The notes beneath the pieces are model-generated. The model was given only the letters and a program-made list of their open reading frames with translations. It made no database searches and was not told the DNA's origin. From a bacterium (GTDB taxonomy: Bacteria > Patescibacteriota > Minisyncoccia > UBA6257 > UBA9933), in NCBI GenBank assembly GCA_021786355.1, contig JAJYNK010000009.1, forward strand, positions 517-64,516: DNA of 64,000 nt, in the 5' to 3' direction. The position numbers and the translations under genes are program-made. Positions 43,564-55,366 of the stretch are shown here, piece by piece; within the stretch, counting starts at the first letter, position 1, and every line of letters begins with the position of its first letter.

Positions 43564-43771
43564 GCCCGGTAGTAGAACAACGATTTATAAATCAAATATT
43601 TCTAAATATTTGATTTATTCCGTTTATTTAAATTAGATTTGTTTATTTATAAATATCTTTATATTTTACCCTTCAATGATTTAATAACCAGAAAAGGAAT
43701 CGATCGTTGTTTCACTAACCGGGCATATTTTGTTAAATCTACTTGATATTGAAATTATTGCAATATTTTAC

Positions 43772-45971
<2,200 letters not shown>

Positions 45972-46102
45972 AAAAGAATGCCCCTGCCTGAGACCAGGCA
46001 GGGGCTTAAAAAAATGAAATATTGCCGTAAATACCTACCCTCCTTTCGGTGTGCTAATTAAAACTTAGCACAGTATACAAAATTTGTCAATACCCTTAAA
46101 AT

Positions 46103-47842
46103 GTGGTATTTTATAACCCTATTATGGCTTCCGCAACAGTAGAAAATTTAATAAAAATCTCCCGGGAAAAACGATTAACAAAATCAGTTGACGCGGCGCT
46201 TATTCAAAAAGCGTTTTCTTTTTCCAAGTCAGCGCACCAAGGACAAAAAAGAAAGTCCGGCGAGGAATATTTCAATCATTCGTACCAAACAGCCCTGCAA
46301 CTGGCCGAATGGGGACTAGACTCAAACACAATTTCAGCCGGCCTGCTTCATGATGTTGCCGAAGATACGCTTAAAACTCTTGATGATATAAAAAATACTT
46401 TCGGCGAAGAAATAGTTTTTTTGGTAAACGGCGTTACAAAGTTGGGTCGATTAAAATACCGAGGAACCCAAAGACAGGTGGAAAATTTAAGAAAAATGTT
46501 TCTGGCAATCAGCGAAGACCTTCGCGTGGTTTTAATAAAACTCGCGGACCGTCTTCATAATATGAAAACTCTCGGCGCGGTGCCTTTGCAAAAGCAAAAA
46601 AGAATAGCTCTCGAAACCGATGAAATTTACGCGCCTTTGGCATACCGGCTTGGAATGCAAAACCTGGCGGGCGAATTGGAAGATTTGTCCTTCCCATACC
46701 TTCATCCGCAGGAATACAAGTGGCTTAACGAAAACGTAAAAGAAAAATATGAAGAGCGGTTGAAGTATTTGGAAAAAGTAAAAATCGTTGTCAATGATTT
46801 ATTAAAAAAAATTGGTATTTCTCCGGCAGGAATAGATTTTCGCGCCAAACGCTACAGCAGTTTGTACAAAAAACTTATTCGCAACGAAATGAATTTGGAA
46901 CAGATTTACGACCTGGTCGCGTTCAGAATAATCGTTTCGTCCGTTGAAGAGTGTTACGCGACGCTGGGCGCTATCCACCAAATGTGGCCGCCGCTTCCGG
47001 GAAAAATAAAAGACTATATCGCTTTGCCAAAACCGAACGGCTACAGAAGCCTGCACACTACGGTTTTTTGCGTTGACAATAAAATTGTGGAATTTCAAAT
47101 CAGAACAAAAGAGATGCACGACGAAGCGGAAAACGGCATTGCCGCCCACTGGGCCTACCATGAAGCGAAAGAAAAAAACCTCGAAAATAAACCTGTTTTC
47201 ACCAGTAGAAAAGAACTGGAATGGGTTAATCAGCTAAAAAATTGGCAGGAAGAATTTTTAAATTCCGGAGAGTCTTTAGAGGCTCTTAAAATAGATTTTT
47301 TTAAAGACCGGATTTTTGCCATCACGCCGAAAGGGGAAGTGATCGACTTACCGGCCGGGTCCACGCCGGTTGATTTTGCCTATTCAATACACAGCAAAAT
47401 AGGGGACAATTGCGTCGGCGCGAAAATAAACAATAGAATTGTTCCGCTGGATTATCAAATTCAATCGGGCGATATGGTTGAAATACTTATTCAAAAAAAC
47501 AAAAAACCTTCCGAGTCGTGGGTGAGATTCGTGAAAACCGATATTGCCAAGAAAAGGATTCGTTCTTCTCTTAAAAAAGATCACTTGCCCGGAAGCCGAG
47601 AGCGTCTGCGCACGGAAATCAAAATCATCGCCGAAGACAGAATTGGCTTGTTAAAAGACATAACAAGCATTGTTTCTCGATCTCACATTAATATAAGTAA
47701 TGTTTTAACTGCCCCGACTTCGCCGATTTTAACGTCTATAAAATTTCTTTGCGACACAAACAACAAAGACAAAATCGAGAAAGTAATTTTGAAACTAAAA
47801 AAAATAAAAGAAATTAAGCAGATCGGCTCTAAACTTATTTAA
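46103..47842 (+). CDS. RelA/SpoT-homolog (p)ppGpp synthetase/hydrolase (start possibly MASATVEN at 46124)
   Basis: HD hydrolase motif LHDVAEDT, synthetase region (YKKLIRNE...DLVAFRIIV) and a C-terminal ACT-like tail. Confidence 0.8.
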   Translation: MVFYNPIMASATVENLIKISREKRLTKSVDAALIQKAFSFSKSAHQGQKRKSGEEYFNHSYQTALQLAEWGLDSNTISAGLLHDVAEDTLKTLDDIKNTFGEEIVFLVNGVTKLGRLKYRGTQRQVENLRKMFLAISEDLRVVLIKLADRLHNMKTLGAVPLQKQKRIALETDEIYAPLAYRLGMQNLAGELEDLSFPYLHPQEYKWLNENVKEKYEERLKYLEKVKIVVNDLLKKIGISPAGIDFRAKRYSSLYKKLIRNEMNLEQIYDLVAFRIIVSSVEECYATLGAIHQMWPPLPGKIKDYIALPKPNGYRSLHTTVFCVDNKIVEFQIRTKEMHDEAENGIAAHWAYHEAKEKNLENKPVFTSRKELEWVNQLKNWQEEFLNSGESLEALKIDFFKDRIFAITPKGEVIDLPAGSTPVDFAYSIHSKIGDNCVGAKINNRIVPLDYQIQSGDMVEILIQKNKKPSESWVRFVKTDIAKKRIRSSLKKDHLPGSRERLRTEIKIIAEDRIGLLKDITSIVSRSHINISNVLTAPTSPILTSIKFLCDTNNKDKIEKVILKLKKIKEIKQIGSKLI

Positions 47843-48170
47843 CTAAAAAAATTTCCTTTGAGATTATTTCAATTACTTCTTTTGCTTCGAGTTTAAAAAT
47901 TTTTGCCGCTGGAGAAATTAAAATATCAATTCCTTTTTTAGAGGTATTTTTTTCTTGATTTTTTCCTTGACGGAAATATTCAAAAATTATTCTTTTAACT
48001 CGGTTCCGCCGAACTGAACTTTTTTCTGTTTTTTTGCTTATGACTAAGCCGACGCGATCAAATGGAAGTTGATTGGCCAAATACCTGAAATAAAAATTGG
48101 AGGTTTTGATAATTTTCGGTTTTTTTGATAAAAATTCCTTAACCGGCAGACGAAATTTCTTTGCCAACAT
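47835..48170 (-). CDS. rnpA: Ribonuclease P protein component
   Basis: SKKTEKSSVRRNRVKRI matches the RnpA RNR motif region. 111 aa, immediately downstream of rpmH. Confidence 0.8.
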   Translation of the reverse strand: MLAKKFRLPVKEFLSKKPKIIKTSNFYFRYLANQLPFDRVGLVISKKTEKSSVRRNRVKRIIFEYFRQGKNQEKNTSKKGIDILISPAAKIFKLEAKEVIEIISKEIFLVK

Positions 48171-48185
48171 TGGTTTTTGAAAAAA

Positions 48186-48320
48186 TTAAGCCGAAATTCT
48201 TTTTCTTCCTTTTGCTCTTCTTCTAGAAAGCGTTCTTTTGCCGCCGGAGGTTTTTGATCTCTTTAAAAATCCGTGCGAGCGAGCCCTTTTTCTTTTTTTG
48301 GGTTTATAGGTTATAGACAT
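48186..48320 (-). CDS. rpmH: 50S ribosomal protein L34 (44 aa; not in the ORF track because it is under 60 aa)
   Basis: Hand translation of the minus strand gives [44 protein letters not shown], matching the L34 consensus (..KRTFQPS..RKR.HGFR.RM.T..GR.VL..RR.KGR..L). Confidence 0.85.
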   Translation of the reverse strand: MSITYKPKKRKRARSHGFLKRSKTSGGKRTLSRRRAKGRKRISA

Positions 48321-48497
48321 TATTTATTATTGTAGTAAAATCTTTTTAAAAATACAAGGGGGGGGAGGATGGTTTTTCTTATGTTTTAAAAGCGTTTTAA
48401 AAGTTATCAACACTTAATTCACATTTCTATCTTTTGCCTGCATTTGACATCGCTTTTTTTACTTATAAACTTGAGTTATTAGTTTTACTTCTTTTTT
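48321..48497. other. Origin-proximal AT-rich region upstream of dnaA (candidate oriC part 1)
   Basis: Classic rpmH-rnpA / dnaA-dnaN arrangement. Contains TTATCAACA (one mismatch to the DnaA box) at 48394-48402, a duplicated GTTTTAAAAG, and a G8 tract followed by GGAGG ATG and a 6-codon mini-ORF. Confidence 0.55.
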
Positions 48498-49856
48498 ATG
48501 GATCACGAACAAGTTTGGAAACAGGTTTTAGCAGAGGTTGAAATTCAATTATCCAAGCCCAATTTTGTTACGTGGTTTAAAAACAGCCGCTTAATTGAAA
48601 AAAACGACGACGGTCGAGTCATTGTCGGGCTCGGAAATAATTTCGCCAAGGAATGGGTTGAGAATAAATACCATAAATTGCTTAGCGACATTTTTTATTC
48701 ACTTGATTCGTCGGTAAAAAAGGTGGAATACGCTGTTTTGACATTGCCTGCCGAACAAAGACCGCAACCTTATAGCCGAGCGCCCGCGGTTTCAAGCCAA
48801 CCGGCGCTTATAGAGGTAAGAATCGATCCGGAAACGAATCTTCATCCTCGTTATAATTTTAAATCTTTTATTGTTGGGTCTTCAAATGAACTTGCTTACG
48901 CCGCTGCGATGGGGGTTGTTAAAGAGGTTGGATCAAAATATAATCCTCTTTTTATTTACGGGGGCACGGGACTTGGTAAGACCCATCTTCTTCAAGCGAT
49001 CGGCAATGAAATTAAATTTAATTACAAAGAGCGGCTTAAAACAAAATATGTTCCTTCGGAAAAATTCGTAAACGATATTATTTCGGGAATTCGTAATAAA
49101 AGGATGGAGGATATAAAAGACAAATATCGAAGCGTCGACGTTTTAATTATTGACGACATCCAATTTATCGCCGGCAAAGAAAGAAGTGAGGAAGAATTTT
49201 TCCACACTTTTAATGTTTTATACGATAGCGGCAAACAAATAATAATCTCGTCAGATAGACCGCCAGCGGCAACACCAATTTTAGAAGAGCGCCTAAGATC
49301 TCGTTTTAGCGGGGGAATGATCGCGGATATTGGTTTTCCGGATTATGAAATGAGGGTGGCCATAATAAAATCCAAAATTCGAGAAAAAGGAATGGGCCTG
49401 GAAGATGCTTTATGCTCCTTAATAGCCTCTAAAATACAAAGAAATATAAGGGAATTGGAAGGGGTTTTGAATAAGATCGTTTTTTACCAAGAAGCTAAAA
49501 ATATAGAGCCGAGCCATGAATTAATTAATGAAATAATAGAAAAAAACATCAAACAAACATTTAAAAACGTTTCTCCGACTCAAATAATAAAAGCGGTTTC
49601 CGGTTTTTTTGAAATTACTGAAAAAGAAATTTCCGACCACTCGCGCCGAAAAGAATTAGTGGAGCCAAGACAGATTGCGATGTATTTATTGAAAGATATT
49701 TTGGGGATGTCCTATTCTGATATTGGGAATAAGTTGGGGAAAAGAGACCACTCAACGGTTATTCACGCGTGCGAAAAGGTCTCAAAAAAGATTAATAATG
49801 ACCAGAAATTAAACCAAAAAATTATTTTAGTTAGAGAAATCATCGAGAAGAATTAA
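48498..49856 (+). CDS. dnaA: Chromosomal replication initiator protein DnaA
   Basis: AAA+ Walker A GGTGLGKTHLLQAIGNE, DnaA signature and a C-terminal HTH (..IAMYLLKDILGMSYSDIGNKLGKRDHSTVIHA). Confidence 0.95.
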   Translation: MDHEQVWKQVLAEVEIQLSKPNFVTWFKNSRLIEKNDDGRVIVGLGNNFAKEWVENKYHKLLSDIFYSLDSSVKKVEYAVLTLPAEQRPQPYSRAPAVSSQPALIEVRIDPETNLHPRYNFKSFIVGSSNELAYAAAMGVVKEVGSKYNPLFIYGGTGLGKTHLLQAIGNEIKFNYKERLKTKYVPSEKFVNDIISGIRNKRMEDIKDKYRSVDVLIIDDIQFIAGKERSEEEFFHTFNVLYDSGKQIIISSDRPPAATPILEERLRSRFSGGMIADIGFPDYEMRVAIIKSKIREKGMGLEDALCSLIASKIQRNIRELEGVLNKIVFYQEAKNIEPSHELINEIIEKNIKQTFKNVSPTQIIKAVSGFFEITEKEISDHSRRKELVEPRQIAMYLLKDILGMSYSDIGNKLGKRDHSTVIHACEKVSKKINNDQKLNQKIILVREIIEKN

Positions 49857-49973
49857 TTTATCAACAGAATTTAAACATTATTTTTTTTGATTTTTTTATT
49901 TAATTAAATGAATTTTTGCGCTTATCCACAAAATTTCATTCCTCTACTATAACTACAATTTATATTTATTATT
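49857..49973. other. dnaA-dnaN intergenic region with a perfect DnaA box TTATCCACA (49922-49930); candidate oriC part 2
   Basis: Consensus 9-mer seen directly, embedded in very AT-rich DNA. Confidence 0.6.
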
Positions 49974-51089
49974 ATGAAATTAATAGTATTGAAAACTAAT
50001 TTAAGAGATGGGTTGGGTATTGTTGGAAAAATAAATTCAGAAACGCCATCACTCCCAATCTTAAAAAATTTTTTATTGGAAACAGTTGATAATCAAATTA
50101 AAATTTCCACAACTAATTTAGAACTGGCGATTACCGGGTATGTTTCCGGAAAAATAATTGAAAACGGAGGATTAACTATTCCGTTGAATATTTTTTCGGC
50201 TATTATTAACAATCTTCAAAGCGAAAGAATTGAGTTAGAAACCGAAAAAGATAATTTAATAATTAAAACGGAAAATTACGAAGCTAAACTTCAAGGAATA
50301 AAAAAAGAAGACTTTCCGCTTTTGCCAAAAGTGGAAAACAGTGAAAATTATATTGAGATTCAAAACTCTATTCTTAAAAAAACTCTAGCGTTGGTTATGA
50401 GCGCCGCCCAAGCTTCCAACGCGAGACCGGTTTTGAATAGTATTTTATTAGATTTCCAAACAAGTTTCATAAAGTTAGCCGCCACCGACGGTTTTAGATT
50501 GGCGGAGCAAACAATAAGCGAGAGTTATTATAAAACAAATCTTGAAAAAAACATAAAAATGGTTATCCCTCTAAAAACAATCCAAGAATTAATAAGAATT
50601 ATTCAAGACGAAGAAAACGGCAATATTAGGGTTTATTTCGATAATAATTTAATAATTTTTAAAAACAACAAATATGAGGTTATTTCAAGATTAATAAACG
50701 AAGAATTTCCAAATTACGACCCAATCATACCGAAGGTTATAAACACTGAAATAATAGTAAATAAAAACCAACTAATAAGCGCGCTGAAGTTAACTGGGGT
50801 TTTTAGCGACAGATTAAACGAAATAAAAATAAACATCCCAAAAGAGAGGAAGAATATCGAAATTTATTCATCCAACTCGTTTGTGGGAGAAAATAAATAT
50901 TTAATTCCGGCGAAAATAAAAGGAGAGCCGCTGGAAATAGTTTTTAATTGGCGGTTTATAACCGATGGAATAAAAAATTTAGAAACCGAAAATGTGTTTG
51001 TGGGGTTAACAAGCGATAAAAGCCCTGCGCTTGTAAAACCAGCAAGCGACTCCAATTATTTTTATATCGTTATGCCGATTAAGGCGTAA
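49974..51089 (+). CDS. dnaN: DNA polymerase III beta sliding clamp
   Basis: 371 aa. Position after dnaA plus a three-domain clamp-like pattern. Confidence 0.85.
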   Translation: MKLIVLKTNLRDGLGIVGKINSETPSLPILKNFLLETVDNQIKISTTNLELAITGYVSGKIIENGGLTIPLNIFSAIINNLQSERIELETEKDNLIIKTENYEAKLQGIKKEDFPLLPKVENSENYIEIQNSILKKTLALVMSAAQASNARPVLNSILLDFQTSFIKLAATDGFRLAEQTISESYYKTNLEKNIKMVIPLKTIQELIRIIQDEENGNIRVYFDNNLIIFKNNKYEVISRLINEEFPNYDPIIPKVINTEIIVNKNQLISALKLTGVFSDRLNEIKINIPKERKNIEIYSSNSFVGENKYLIPAKIKGEPLEIVFNWRFITDGIKNLETENVFVGLTSDKSPALVKPASDSNYFYIVMPIKA

Positions 51090-51095
51090 GAAAAT

Positions 51096-53198
51096 CTATT
51101 GTGTCCAAGAGCGAACTGGCGTTTCCCAATTTAGAAACTGAGGATCGTCATTTGGATTAGTGGGGGGTGGGCCAAGTGGGTCGTTTCTGTTTACGTAAAA
51201 AAGAATATTGTGGAATTGAGAATTGATATTGTACTGACCGTTCAGTATTGGTTTGGATTGGATTATAGGGTCGGGATTGTTAAATGGTTCATTAGGAAAT
51301 TTACTTATAACTTGTTTCATAAACGAACTCCAAATTGGGAGAGCCGCTAGTATGCTTCCAGCGCTTTTTTGCATTGGTTCTCTGTGGTTGTTTCCGGCCC
51401 AAACGCCAACAGCTAAAGAAGGCGTGTATCCAAAAGTCCAGGCGTCAACGTAGTCGTTGGTGGTTCCGGTTTTGAGCGCGACTTCTCTGTCGTCGAAAGT
51501 TGTCAGGTTGTAGCTGCTCTGATAAAGAGGTCGGCGGGCTTCGTTATCCGAAAGCACATCGTTTATAAGTCGAGCGTATTGAGAGTCTATGGCTTGGATT
51601 GGCTTATCAACAAAACTTTCCATGATCCTTCCTTTGGAATCTTTGATGTTTAAAATTATCGTTTGTTGATGTCGCGTTCCTTCTTGGGCAAAAACTGAAT
51701 AAGCGCCAACAAGTTCGGTAAGTTTTATTTCTCCGCCGCCGAGCACAAGCGAGAGTCCGATTCTATCGGCGTCGTTTAGAGTCGTGATGCCGAAATCTTC
51801 CGCTGTTTTTATGACATTGTTCAATCCGGCTAAGTATAAAACTTTTACCGCCGGCACGTTTATTGATTGGGCAAGGGCATTTCTTAAATTAACCGGCCCG
51901 CGGAAAATATGGTCGTAATTTTGGGGGTGATAACAAGGCGGGTTGCTTATTTGATAATTTATATTCGATAACGGGCACGACGGGTTGTTGGACGCGAATT
52001 CGGTTGGCAAATCAAAAACAACAGTGTCCGGAGAGTAACCTTCTTTAAATGCCGTTGCATAAACTAATGGTTTTATCGAAGAGCCTGGTTGGCGGACGCC
52101 TTGGCTTGCAACATTAAAATTGCCGTCTATAGATTTATCGAAATAATTTGCCGAGCCTACTAAGGCCAGAATTTGACCAGTTTTCGGGTCTTCGGCAACT
52201 AAAGCGGCATTTTTCCCTTTGTAGAGTTCAGCGTTTCGGCTGGCTCCTTCTCTTACGACCTTGTCTGCTGTCTGTTGTAGATCCCAATCAAGGGTTGTGA
52301 TAACTTCGAAACCGTTGGTATTTAAAGCTTCTTCCCCGTACTTATCTATTAAATAATCCCTAACCATCATTACGAAGTGGGGGGCTTTTATGCTGCCGAG
52401 GTTTTGTTGAGTAAATTTAGGCGTTGTTTTTTGAGCTAATTCTTTTTCTTTTTCGGAAATAAACCCCATTTTTTGCATTTGATCGAGAATATGATTTTTT
52501 CTCGCTAAAAGATCGTCACTGTGGTTGCCCCAAGGAGAATAATAAGGGGGTGATTTTGGCAGAACCGCCATTGTGGCGGCCTCGGCGAGAGTCAAATCTT
52601 TGGCTGATTTAGCCAAATAAAGCTGCGATGCGGATTCTATGCCGTAGGTATTCGATCCGTAGGAAATCTGGTTTAAATATAAATTCAAAATAGCATCTTT
52701 CGAATAATATTTTTCTATCCAGTAAGTTAAAATAAGCTCTTTGATTTTTCTCTGCAAAGTTTTTTCGTTTGTCAGAAAAGCATTTTTCGCCAATTGCTGG
52801 GTTATGGTCGAGCCTCCTTGGACAAATTTTCCGCTAAGGATATTTGCGAAAACCGCACGGGCGATTCCTTTCCAATCAAGGCCGGCGTGCTTGTAAAAAT
52901 TTTGATCCTCCGCGGCTATGGTCGCATTTCTCATGTTGTCGGGGATTTCGGTCGATGAAAGGATTGTGCGTCTGCCTTGGCCGCTTATTTCGTAAAGCAA
53001 AATTTTTCCGGTGCGGTCATAAATTTTTGTGGACTGGGCCACTTGCCACGCAACGGCTTTTTCGGGGTTGGGCAAGCTTTTGGCAATTTTTGCCGTTTCA
53101 AATAAGCCCCAAACCGCAATGGCCAAGAAAATAATAAAAAGAACTCCAGAAATTTTTAAAACTTGGTAAAGTTTTTTATTTTTTACCGGAAGAGACAT
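51096..53198 (-). CDS. Class A penicillin-binding protein (PBP1A-type transglycosylase/transpeptidase)
   Basis: N-terminal TM segment, glycosyltransferase motifs (EDQNFYKHAGLD, GGSTITQQLAKN) and a transpeptidase SxxK region. Confidence 0.85.
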   Translation of the reverse strand: MSLPVKNKKLYQVLKISGVLFIIFLAIAVWGLFETAKIAKSLPNPEKAVAWQVAQSTKIYDRTGKILLYEISGQGRRTILSSTEIPDNMRNATIAAEDQNFYKHAGLDWKGIARAVFANILSGKFVQGGSTITQQLAKNAFLTNEKTLQRKIKELILTYWIEKYYSKDAILNLYLNQISYGSNTYGIESASQLYLAKSAKDLTLAEAATMAVLPKSPPYYSPWGNHSDDLLARKNHILDQMQKMGFISEKEKELAQKTTPKFTQQNLGSIKAPHFVMMVRDYLIDKYGEEALNTNGFEVITTLDWDLQQTADKVVREGASRNAELYKGKNAALVAEDPKTGQILALVGSANYFDKSIDGNFNVASQGVRQPGSSIKPLVYATAFKEGYSPDTVVFDLPTEFASNNPSCPLSNINYQISNPPCYHPQNYDHIFRGPVNLRNALAQSINVPAVKVLYLAGLNNVIKTAEDFGITTLNDADRIGLSLVLGGGEIKLTELVGAYSVFAQEGTRHQQTIILNIKDSKGRIMESFVDKPIQAIDSQYARLINDVLSDNEARRPLYQSSYNLTTFDDREVALKTGTTNDYVDAWTFGYTPSLAVGVWAGNNHREPMQKSAGSILAALPIWSSFMKQVISKFPNEPFNNPDPIIQSKPILNGQYNINSQFHNILFYVNRNDPLGPPPTNPNDDPQFLNWETPVRSWTQ

Positions 53199-53231
53199 AA
53201 TTTTGTTAAATTATAACATTTTAAATAAATC

Positions 53232-53258
53232 CCGCCCCAACCTAAGTCGGGGCGGGTG
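53232..53258 (-). terminator. Terminator hairpin CCCGCCCCGACTTAGGTTGGGGCGGG followed by a T-rich run on the minus strand
   Basis: Downstream (minus sense) of the 53269 ORF. Confidence 0.6.
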
Positions 53259-53268
53259 ATTAAATTTA

Positions 53269-53538
53269 TTATTCTAAATTGCCGTCGCTGTATTCTTTTA
53301 AATAAGAATCGTCGACCGGAGGTTGGTAATTATCTTCAGAATCGCCTAAAAGATCATCATCGGTTTTCCGGGGCGACTTTTTAGCTTTTTCCGGGTCATG
53401 TTCTTCTTCTCCGGCGGAATCAAGAACGTCATCTTCTTTGCCTTGCGGTTCTATATCCGCTTCTAGTTCGTCGATTGAAAATGAAGACATTGTAAATTTT
53501 ACAAAAAACGACCTTTCTTTGCGCCGAATAAATATCAA
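53269..53538 (-). CDS. Small highly acidic hypothetical protein (possibly starting at MSSFSIDEL, 53490)
   Basis: ORF with a strongly Asp/Glu-rich composition. Confidence 0.35.
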   Translation of the reverse strand: MIFIRRKERSFFVKFTMSSFSIDELEADIEPQGKEDDVLDSAGEEEHDPEKAKKSPRKTDDDLLGDSEDNYQPPVDDSYLKEYSDGNLE

Positions 53539-53592
53539 ATTATGGCGCGGTTTGCTTAATTAGCAAAAGAATAAGTTATATATTTTTTTTGT

Positions 53593-53743
53593 CAATCCCG
53601 CACCTTTCGCGGATTGCGAAGCTATAAAATTCCAGAAACTAAAAAGATAAAAAGTCACCCACCTTTCTTAAAGAAAAACGGTTTGGATTTAGTTCGGCGG
53701 CTTCGAAAAGAATTTATATCCGCGAAAGGTGCGGGATCAATCG
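53593..53743. repeat. 19-bp perfect inverted repeat TCCCGCACCTTTCGCGGAT / ATCCGCGAAAGGTGCGGGA about 100 nt apart, spanning the ruvC 3' end
   Basis: The right arm encodes IDPAPFAD in the RuvC C-terminal tail. It shares the CCCGCACCTTT core with the GIY-YIG-flanking repeat. Confidence 0.75.
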
Positions 53744-54218
53744 TGGATAACCAACGTATTTGATTAGAGGCAACAATGGCAATCGCAATTGCATCCGAGA
53801 CATCGTCCAAAATATTTATTTTTTTTATTTTTAATATTTTAAAAATCATATCCGCCACCAATTTTTTATTGGCGTTGCCCAGGCCAGTAATATTTAATTT
53901 AACTTCCGACGGGGCCAGTTCGATAATCGGTATTTTTTGAGCCGTAGCCGTTAATATTAAAACTCCTCGCGATTGGGCGACCTCCAGGGCGGTTTTAAGA
54001 TTTTTCATAAAGAAAAGTTTTTCTATAGCAACAAAAGCAGGCCTCTGTTTTTTTAGAAGAGAGGCGAACGATTTTGAAAGTTCCAAGAGTCGAACATTTT
54101 TGTCTTGAGATGATATTTTTAACAAGCCGCTTTTTATAAGCTTTAAATCGCGGCCTTGTTTTTCTATTAATCCGTAACCGGCGCGAGTGCTGCCCGGATC
54201 GACACCTAAAATAAGCAT
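53655..54218 (-). CDS. ruvC: Crossover junction endodeoxyribonuclease RuvC
   Basis: MLILGVDPGSTRAGYGLIE catalytic N-terminus and the DAIAIAIVASN helix. The 30-aa basic C-terminal tail runs through the inverted repeat. Confidence 0.85.
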   Translation of the reverse strand: MLILGVDPGSTRAGYGLIEKQGRDLKLIKSGLLKISSQDKNVRLLELSKSFASLLKKQRPAFVAIEKLFFMKNLKTALEVAQSRGVLILTATAQKIPIIELAPSEVKLNITGLGNANKKLVADMIFKILKIKKINILDDVSDAIAIAIVASNQIRWLSTIDPAPFADINSFRSRRTKSKPFFFKKGG

Positions 54219-54276
54219 ATAATTTTCAATTTTTAATTTAAAATTTTCATTGAATTTTTAATGACTCAATTTAAAA

Positions 54277-54810
54277 TTATTTTAAGTCCGTGTTCGTTAC
54301 TATATTTTGTACATCATCGTGATTTTCTAGCGCTTCGATTAAAAAGTTTAATTTTTCTTTTCCGGCAGAAGTTGTTTCGTTTTTGAATTTCGCTGAATAG
54401 CCTTCGGCGGTTTTTTTAAAAGCCCATACAACGCTTCCCGGATCGGCCCACTTGGCTTCGTGGTCGGATAAAATTTTTTTAGTTTCCGCAACGGTCCGGT
54501 TTTTGCTGTCGGTGATGGCTTCTATTAAAATCGCGACGCCCTCCGGTCCGTAGGCCTCCATAATCAATTCTTCTAAATTGTCGGATTTTTCCGAAGCGCG
54601 TTTAATGGCTTTTTCAATATTGTCTTGCGGAACGTTGTTTTGTTTTGCTTTGTCGATCGCAGAACGAAGTGTCGGGTTGAATTGAGGATTGGGTTCTTTT
54701 TTGGCGGTAATAGTAACAACGTTTAAAAGTTTGGAAAACAAGGCGCCGCGTTTTTTATCGGTTGTTTCTTTTTTACGTTTTATTCCCGACCAGTGGGAGT
54801 GACCAGACAT
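54277..54810 (-). CDS. yebC: YebC/PmpR family transcriptional regulator (start at MSGHSHW; the ORF track extension to 54891 is rejected)
   Basis: MSGHSHWSGIKRKKETTDKKRGALFSKL matches the YebC N-terminus. Classic yebC-ruvC linkage. Confidence 0.8.
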   Translation of the reverse strand: MSGHSHWSGIKRKKETTDKKRGALFSKLLNVVTITAKKEPNPQFNPTLRSAIDKAKQNNVPQDNIEKAIKRASEKSDNLEELIMEAYGPEGVAILIEAITDSKNRTVAETKKILSDHEAKWADPGSVVWAFKKTAEGYSAKFKNETTSAGKEKLNFLIEALENHDDVQNIVTNTDLK

Positions 54811-55015
54811 GGTTGGTTGATTAGTTAATTGGTTAGCTGGCAAGAAGAGACAAGATAATAATAGAATAGAAACTAAGGAGATAAAAGTCAAAACCTAAGT
54901 TGTATAGTATACTATACAACTTAAACTTTCTTTTTTAGAGAATAATTTGTGTGTAAAAAACAGCCCGTTGGCGAAACGCCGCGGGGCTGGTGCAAAGAGC
55001 GAGAAAATCAGATGT

Positions 55016-55345
55016 TCAGGCGGTTTTGGAAAATTCCGAGGCGGGGTAGAAGGCGTAGAGTTGCATAATTTCGATGTCGATTTTGAGAGGCATCAATGCC
55101 TCTGCAATATCGTCCGCCCGACTGGTGTCTGTGTCGCAGATGCGGAGAAACGGCACGCGTTTCCCTTCAAGGTTGTGGCAATAACTGTCGTGAACTGTGA
55201 TAATCACATCCTTGGCAAAAGGGAAACGTTTCAGAATTTTTATGGCCGCGTTTTTAAGACGGGATTCTTCGATCAAGTTATGATGGGTGGTTTCACCGGC
55301 CATTCCGTATTTCCTACTCCAACCGTGAATCTCGATGTTCGGCAT
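55016..55345 (-). CDS. Hypothetical 109-aa protein beginning Met-Pro (possible tautomerase-superfamily-like), in a higher-GC block
   Basis: Starts MPNIEIHGW. Length and Pro1 are reminiscent of tautomerase/MIF folds. Weak call. Confidence 0.3.
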   Translation of the reverse strand: MPNIEIHGWSRKYGMAGETTHHNLIEESRLKNAAIKILKRFPFAKDVIITVHDSYCHNLEGKRVPFLRICDTDTSRADDIAEALMPLKIDIEIMQLYAFYPASEFSKTA

Positions 55346-55366
55346 AACGTCTCCTTTTAGTATGGG

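Noticed and set aside
45972-46010. Hairpin CCCCTGCCTG-AGAC-CAGGCAGGGG after ligA as a terminator
   Set aside because: It is followed by an A-run, not a T-run, on the plus strand, and is preceded by T-poor sequence on the minus strand. It may still pause or terminate, but it is not a canonical intrinsic terminator.
54811-54891. Longer yebC ORF starting at 54891
   Set aside because: The extension (..ANQLTNQPT) is encoded by repeat motif M. YebC proteins start at MSGHSKW-like sequences, which here is 54810.
54947-55360. Plus-strand 137-aa ORF
   Set aside because: Antisense to a better-supported minus-strand gene with RBS and operon context. Probably a GC-rich shadow ORF.
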